Shown: one piece after another, positions 59,246-64,000 of the stretch
Position numbering within the stretch: position 1 is the first letter of the stretch
How the letters are laid out: each line of letters starts with the position of its first letter
Source: Cenarchaeum sp.
GTDB lineage: Archaea > Thermoproteota > Nitrososphaeria > Nitrososphaerales > Nitrosopumilaceae
DNA: 64,000 bases
Direction of reading: 5' to 3'
NCBI GenBank assembly: GCA_963692915.1
Contig: OY843584.1
Span: 832,001-896,000, forward strand
Program-made: the position numbers and the translations under genes
The notes under the pieces: model-generated
Databases searched by the model: none
What the model saw: only the letters and a program-made list of their open reading frames with translations
What the model was told of the DNA's origin: nothing

Positions 59246-59932
59246 GTGAGGCTAGCTGCACTAATGTCAGGTGGCAAGGACAGCGCGTATGCGGCGCATC
59301 TTGCGAGCTCTAGCGGGCACGATATCGCCTGCGTTGTCGGCGCGCTGCCAGAGAGCGGCGAGAACATGGTATATCACCACCCCAACGCGCAGCACGTTGC
59401 GCTGCACGCCGAGGCCATGGGCGTGCCGCTAGTCAGCTTTGCCGCACCGGCCGCCGACGGCGGCGCACTGGCACTGGCGCTCGCCGAGGCCGCGTGCGAG
59501 CACGATATTGACGGAGTCGTCCACGGTGGAATCAGCAGCGCGTTTCAGCGCGACACGTTTGCGGCTGCGGCCAAGAGTGCGGGCATTCAGGCCATTGCGC
59601 CCCTGTGGGGGCACGGCGGCGTCGCGCACCTGCAATCGCTCCTCGCCGCGCAGTTTAGGTTTGTCATAGTCGCCGTCTCGGCCGGCGGTCTCGGGGCCGA
59701 GTGGCTTGGGGCCGAGGTGACTGACGGGGCGGTGCGGAGGCTAGGGCGCCTCGCCGAAAAGTTTGGGTTTGACGCGTCATTTGAGGGCGGCGAGGCCGAG
59801 ACGTTTGTCACCGAATGCCCGCTCTTTGCGCGCGCGATCGAGATTCGCGGCGCGACGGCGACGTGGGACGGGTACAGGGGAAGGTTTGAAATAGAGGACG
59901 CGGCCCTGCGCGCGCCATGCTCGACTCGCTAA
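59246..59932 (+). CDS. dph6: Diphthine--ammonia ligase
   Basis: LMSGGKDS, YHHPN, PLW, EGGEAETFV. Confidence 0.9.
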   Translation: MRLAALMSGGKDSAYAAHLASSSGHDIACVVGALPESGENMVYHHPNAQHVALHAEAMGVPLVSFAAPAADGGALALALAEAACEHDIDGVVHGGISSAFQRDTFAAAAKSAGIQAIAPLWGHGGVAHLQSLLAAQFRFVIVAVSAGGLGAEWLGAEVTDGAVRRLGRLAEKFGFDASFEGGEAETFVTECPLFARAIEIRGATATWDGYRGRFEIEDAALRAPCSTR

Positions 59933-61239
59933 AGACAGGCCTTCGCGCGGCGATAAAAAAGGTCGTCTCGGCCGGCGGAGTGGATGCCGAGCTCATAAAG
60001 GACCTCTCGCGCGACGTTCAGAGGGCCCTCCTCCAGGCCGACGTTGACGTAAAGATCGTCATCGCCGTGACAAAGCGCATAGAGGAGAGGGCGACGAACG
60101 AAAAGCCCCCGCCGGGACTTCCGCGAAAGGACCACATCATCAAGATACTCTATGACGAGGTCGCCGCGATGCTCGGGCGCGACTCGGAGTTTGAGTTCAA
60201 GGCCGGCACGCAAACGAAGATACTCATGCTCGGCATACAGGGGAGCGGCAAGACGACGACTGCGGCAAAGCTTGCGATGCACCTGACGAAAAACGGCTAC
60301 AAGGTCGCCGCAGTCGGCGCAGACACGCACAGGCCGGGCGCACTAGAGCAGCTACGTGACATGTGCTCCAGGGCACACGTTGACGTGTACGGCGAGGAGG
60401 GAAACACCGATGCGACAGCCATAGTGTCTGCCGGCCTAAAGCACCACGGTGATGCGCCAGACGTCATAATAATTGACACTGCGGGCAGGCACAAGGAGGA
60501 GGGCGCGCTCCTCGAGGAGATGAAGACGATGGCAAAGGCGGCAAGCCCAGACCTGGTCCTCCTCGTCGTGGACGGGACGATGGGCAGGCAGTGCGGCGCG
60601 CAGGCCGCCGCGTTCCACTCGGCAGCAAAGGTCGGTGGCATTGCGATAACAAAGCTAGACAGCACGGCCAAGGGCGGCGGTGCGCTTGCTGCGGCAAGCG
60701 AGACTGGCGCGCGCGTCATGTATATCGGCACGGGTGAGCGCATCGGTGACCTCGAGCGCTTTTCGTCCACAAGGTTTGTCGGCAGGCTGCTCGGCATGGG
60801 TGACGTGCAGGCGGTCCTCGACATGGCAAAGAAACTCGAGGAGAACGCCAGTGGTGACAGCATAAAGAGGATGGCGCGCGGCAAGATGAACATGGATGAC
60901 TTTTACTCGCAGCTTGAGGGAATGGCCAGCGGCGGCTCGCTGCGCGGCATGATAGAGTCGATGCCCGGCTTTGCCGGAAGCGTAAAGGATGGCCAGCTCG
61001 ACAACATGGAGGAAAAGGTCGCGCGCTGGCGCCACATCATACAGAGCATGACGCGCGTCGAAAAGGACGATCCCGACTCGATAAACTCGTCTCGCGCAAA
61101 GAGGATCGCGCGCGGGAGCGGCTCGACTGAGCACGACGTGAAGGACCTCCTGAAGAACTTCAAGAACTCAAAGGGCATGATGAAGGCCTCTGGCGGGCGC
61201 CAGATGCAGGGATTTCTCAGAAAGATGGGCCTCGGCTAG
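59917..61239 (+). CDS. srp54: Signal recognition particle protein SRP54
   Basis: ALLQADV, GIQGSGKTT, DTAGRH, TKLD.TAKGGG, Met-rich M domain with RIARGSG. Confidence 0.97.
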   Translation: MLDSLKTGLRAAIKKVVSAGGVDAELIKDLSRDVQRALLQADVDVKIVIAVTKRIEERATNEKPPPGLPRKDHIIKILYDEVAAMLGRDSEFEFKAGTQTKILMLGIQGSGKTTTAAKLAMHLTKNGYKVAAVGADTHRPGALEQLRDMCSRAHVDVYGEEGNTDATAIVSAGLKHHGDAPDVIIIDTAGRHKEEGALLEEMKTMAKAASPDLVLLVVDGTMGRQCGAQAAAFHSAAKVGGIAITKLDSTAKGGGALAAASETGARVMYIGTGERIGDLERFSSTRFVGRLLGMGDVQAVLDMAKKLEENASGDSIKRMARGKMNMDDFYSQLEGMASGGSLRGMIESMPGFAGSVKDGQLDNMEEKVARWRHIIQSMTRVEKDDPDSINSSRAKRIARGSGSTEHDVKDLLKNFKNSKGMMKASGGRQMQGFLRKMGLG

Positions 61240-61253
61240 TCCATCTCGTAGCG

Positions 61254-62783
61254 CTAGGATAGAATGGCAAGAAGCACAGAGAGCGGCACGAGCGTATAGT
61301 CGTCCCGTATGTCATACTCGCCCCATGTGGCCACAATCCCACGGCTCGCATCAGTCGCATCAAGAAAGCTTGACATGCCGCCGAGCCGGCGGCGATCCAC
61401 GCGCTCAACATACTTTGACTCGATGGGCACAGGAGCCGATCGCGGCTCGCGGTACACAAAGTCGACCTCGCGTGCCGCATCATCACGCCAGTGGAAAACG
61501 CGCTCAGATATCGTGGACTGCATCATGTTGCTTGACTTTGAGAGTGCCTTCCTGGCGAGATGGTCGGCCAGGACGCACTCGGCCATGTGTCCCATGTTCG
61601 ACGTATCAGACACGTACTCTGTAGCCAAGGCGTAATAGTCACGGTCTGTTGACCATGCGTTGAGCGCATGCAAAAAGAATGGGTCACGGACATGGATTTT
61701 TTTAAGCTTTTTGTGGGCAGCCCTGTCATGGCGCTCATCATACGTGTGCGTGAGCATGAGTACATACATGTCGCGCAATACCATCGTATAGCTCTCCACA
61801 GTTGTGCCGTTTGTAAGGTCAAGTTTTCTGGACATGCCGTTCCATGATATGGTGTCTCCGAGTCCCCTGATCATAAATTCAGCATATCTTTTAAGGCGAT
61901 CTTCCCCATAGTTCATTTGACTCCATTCAAACATTATGCTGTGAAGATACTCTTGATAAAAGCGATCATCAATTGATCCGCGCTCTATTGCCTGATTCAT
62001 GATTTGAGGAATTCCACCTGATAGCACATACTGTCGCAGCACATTGTCAAGCTCACCAGACATAAGGTACAGTTGCTGTAGAGTTGGATCTTTGTGACCC
62101 AACACCAGCTTGTCCCATAGCTCAGAGCGCACGTCAGGGCTGCAGATGTGGATGTCGTTTGTGAATTTACGCAGGGTTGGACTTGTCATAGTCACATATT
62201 CCATAAACCCCATAGGGAGGAGTGATTGGTAATTCCCTCCAGGAACGTGGCCTTTTCTTCCAATGAGGCTTTCAGTAGCACGTGTCAGGTCGATGGCGTT
62301 GGAGCCCGTTGCGACTAGCGCACAGTTGTCTAGTACCCCCATGTTAGAAAGCTCCAATATTGCATATTGCCAGTCTTTTATCATTGAGACCTCGTCAATA
62401 AAGATGTACGAGCGAGCGTCTCCACGCTGCAGTGGTGTCAAGGAAAAGTAATCAAGGATGATCCGCACAAGATCCCGTATCGTGAGGCCGCCGCCAAGTG
62501 AGAAATAGCACATACGCATGGGCATGATGCCCCTGTCAAGAAGATCGCGGATCAGGAGCTTTACCAGTGTCGTCTTGCCAACCTGCCTAGAGCCCCTAAC
62601 TGTGTACAGCACGGTCTTGTCCGCATCAAGGCCATCGCGTATGGTCGCAAACAGCGCTGGAACGTACCGAGCCCTCGAGCCGGCCCATTGTGCGATATGG
62701 AGATCAGAGTCGATCGCAGCAGTGTCATCCCACCAGGGGTTGAATGCACGTAGCCACCGTTCATGTTGATCTGGCAAGGCCAT
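61254..62783 (-). CDS. AAA+ ATPase of COG1373 type (AAA_14 + DUF4143)
   Basis: NPWW, GSRQVGKTT, FIDEV, TGS, Y..SGGIP, C-terminal EVDFV...IESK. Confidence 0.9.
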   Translation of the reverse strand: MALPDQHERWLRAFNPWWDDTAAIDSDLHIAQWAGSRARYVPALFATIRDGLDADKTVLYTVRGSRQVGKTTLVKLLIRDLLDRGIMPMRMCYFSLGGGLTIRDLVRIILDYFSLTPLQRGDARSYIFIDEVSMIKDWQYAILELSNMGVLDNCALVATGSNAIDLTRATESLIGRKGHVPGGNYQSLLPMGFMEYVTMTSPTLRKFTNDIHICSPDVRSELWDKLVLGHKDPTLQQLYLMSGELDNVLRQYVLSGGIPQIMNQAIERGSIDDRFYQEYLHSIMFEWSQMNYGEDRLKRYAEFMIRGLGDTISWNGMSRKLDLTNGTTVESYTMVLRDMYVLMLTHTYDERHDRAAHKKLKKIHVRDPFFLHALNAWSTDRDYYALATEYVSDTSNMGHMAECVLADHLARKALSKSSNMMQSTISERVFHWRDDAAREVDFVYREPRSAPVPIESKYVERVDRRRLGGMSSFLDATDASRGIVATWGEYDIRDDYTLVPLSVLLAILS

Positions 62784-62902
62784 ATACGCGCAGCTCAAAA
62801 ATTACTTTATATATTAATGTCATGAAAAATATGATTAAATATAAACGAATTGTATGATTAGCAACTCTAATGATTGGTTCATTATAAAGTTCAGATCATA
62901 TG

Positions 62903-62990
62903 AGTTAAGAGTTCTTTATAAACTCGGCCTAAACCCAGTTAAGAGTTCTTTATAAACTCGGCCTAAACCCAGTTAAGAGTTCTTTATAAA
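62903..62990. repeat. 34-bp tandem repeat (2 full copies + 20 nt) containing TTTATAAA
   Basis: AGTTAAGAGTTCTTTATAAACTCGGCCTAAACCC starting at 62903 and 62937, partial copy at 62971. Confidence 0.95.
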
Positions 62991-63443
62991 ATCAAAAAAT
63001 TTAGTCTAAGAACCCTAGTATCATGGATCCCAAACCGGAATCAACCCGCCGACGACGAACTAGTCACGATGACAAGTCCAAGGAGCAGCCCGGCCAGAAT
63101 CAACATGTCCACACCAGCACGAGTTGAAAGGCCGACGAATATGACCGGTGCCGACCGTCTCCTCGCCCAGTGAGGCTAAAACGCTTAAAATGATCAGCGC
63201 CTTCGCGAGAGGGTGATGAGAGGCAAGAGCAGGCTCAAGAGCCACATGGCACATACCGGCGGCTTGCGAACAACAGCGCACAGTGGCATAAACTATGCTC
63301 CGCGTCATATCAGCAGTCAGCATCCCCCCATATCGGCAACACACAGGCTCAAGATCTCTGATTTGAGTGGGTCAAATTGCATAGCGATGCCCACGTACAA
63401 TTATAACATACGTGGCACAGAGTTAACACCGGCCCGTGCCCGT

Positions 63444-63568
63444 CTCCGAGCTCCGAGCTCCGAGCTCCGAGCTCCGAGCTCCGAGCTCCGAGCTCCGAGC
63501 TCCGAGCTCCGAGCTCCGAGCTCCGAGCTCCGAGCTCCGAGCTCCGAGCTCCGAGCTCCGAGCTCCGA
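63444..63568 (+). repeat. (CTCCGAG)17 + 6 nt heptanucleotide microsatellite
   Basis: Perfect repeat counted directly. Confidence 0.97.
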
Positions 63569-63684
63569 TAGACGATAGTAAAAAATACGTCAGTTTTTGG
63601 CTTCAAAATTTACAAAATCAACATTTTCCACTACAGCCCAATGTTGGCCACAGTAGACACGTAAACACAACGGAGTTGCCATAG

Positions 63685-64000
63685 ATGAGCAGCAAGTCTG
63701 CTCCTCAAACATTTGATGATATTCTAGAGAAAATACGGCGTGAGTCAAAGAACGAGCCAGAGAAAGGCAAGATGTTTGAAGATCTAATGGTGGAGTTTTT
63801 GAGCACGGATAGTGTGTATTCAAACCGATTTAGCAAGGTGTACAAGTGGTCATCATGGCCTGGAAACAAGGATGAGCCTGACAGGGGGATCGACCTTGTG
63901 GCAGAGGAGAACGGTAAATTGTGTGCGATACAGTGCAAGTGCTATAGTGAAGACGCCGTACTTGATAAAAAAGAAATTTCTGGCTTTCCTGCACTAGCAT
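63685..64000 (+). CDS. Type ISP (LlaGI/LlaBIII-like) restriction-modification enzyme, N-terminal Mrr-like nuclease domain (partial)
   Basis: My own translation: MSSKSAPQTFDDILEKIR...KGKMFE...VYKWSSW...DRGIDLVAEE...AIQCKCY; runs off the right edge. Confidence 0.82.
   Translation, partial: MSSKSAPQTFDDILEKIRRESKNEPEKGKMFEDLMVEFLSTDSVYSNRFSKVYKWSSWPGNKDEPDRGIDLVAEENGKLCAIQCKCYSEDAVLDKKEISGFPALA

Noticed and set aside
62903-62990. CRISPR array
   Set aside because: The 34-bp units are contiguous with no unique spacers, and no cas genes are present.
63213-63606. ELRAPSS / SSELGAR repeat proteins as functional products
   Set aside because: The peptides are simply translations of the 7-bp microsatellite; only a possible leader role for 63436-63684 is retained.

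Overview
GC-rich archaeal DNA whose gene set matches Nitrososphaerota (Thaumarchaeota), probably Nitrosopumilaceae; a Cenarchaeum-like lineage is my inference from the high GC. Most of the window is housekeeping backbone: sdhACDB, argH, hom, psmB, argS, DRG GTPase, sulfite reductase, thiDN/thiC, tyrA/aroC, pfdB, XPF, Nob1, birA, tRNA-Pro(CGG), aIF5A, dph6 and srp54. The main accessory island (~8.8-23.5 kb) encodes a complete Ssp-type single-strand DNA phosphorothioation module (PAPS-reductase SspD, cysteine desulfurase SspA, DUF4007 SspB, ATPase SspC). No SspE- or SspFGH-like effector is recognisable. Instead an AT-rich SF2 helicase + MORC/GHKL ATPase pair sits inside the operon and a PLD-family nuclease is transcribed divergently. 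sspD is frameshifted inside an (AG)12 microsatellite, a candidate phase-variation switch. Other accessory elements are an intact IS481-family element with a 16-bp target duplication at the start codon of a collagen-like gene, and two small tandem duplications. A second defence region at the right edge has a COG1373 AAA ATPase, a 34-bp TATA-containing repeat, a (CTCCGAG)17 tract and the start of a Type ISP-like R-M gene. Two ncRNA candidates were seen: a C/D box guide for tRNA-Met C34 and a ~230-nt structured RNA. All calls are by eye from motifs; no searches were run.
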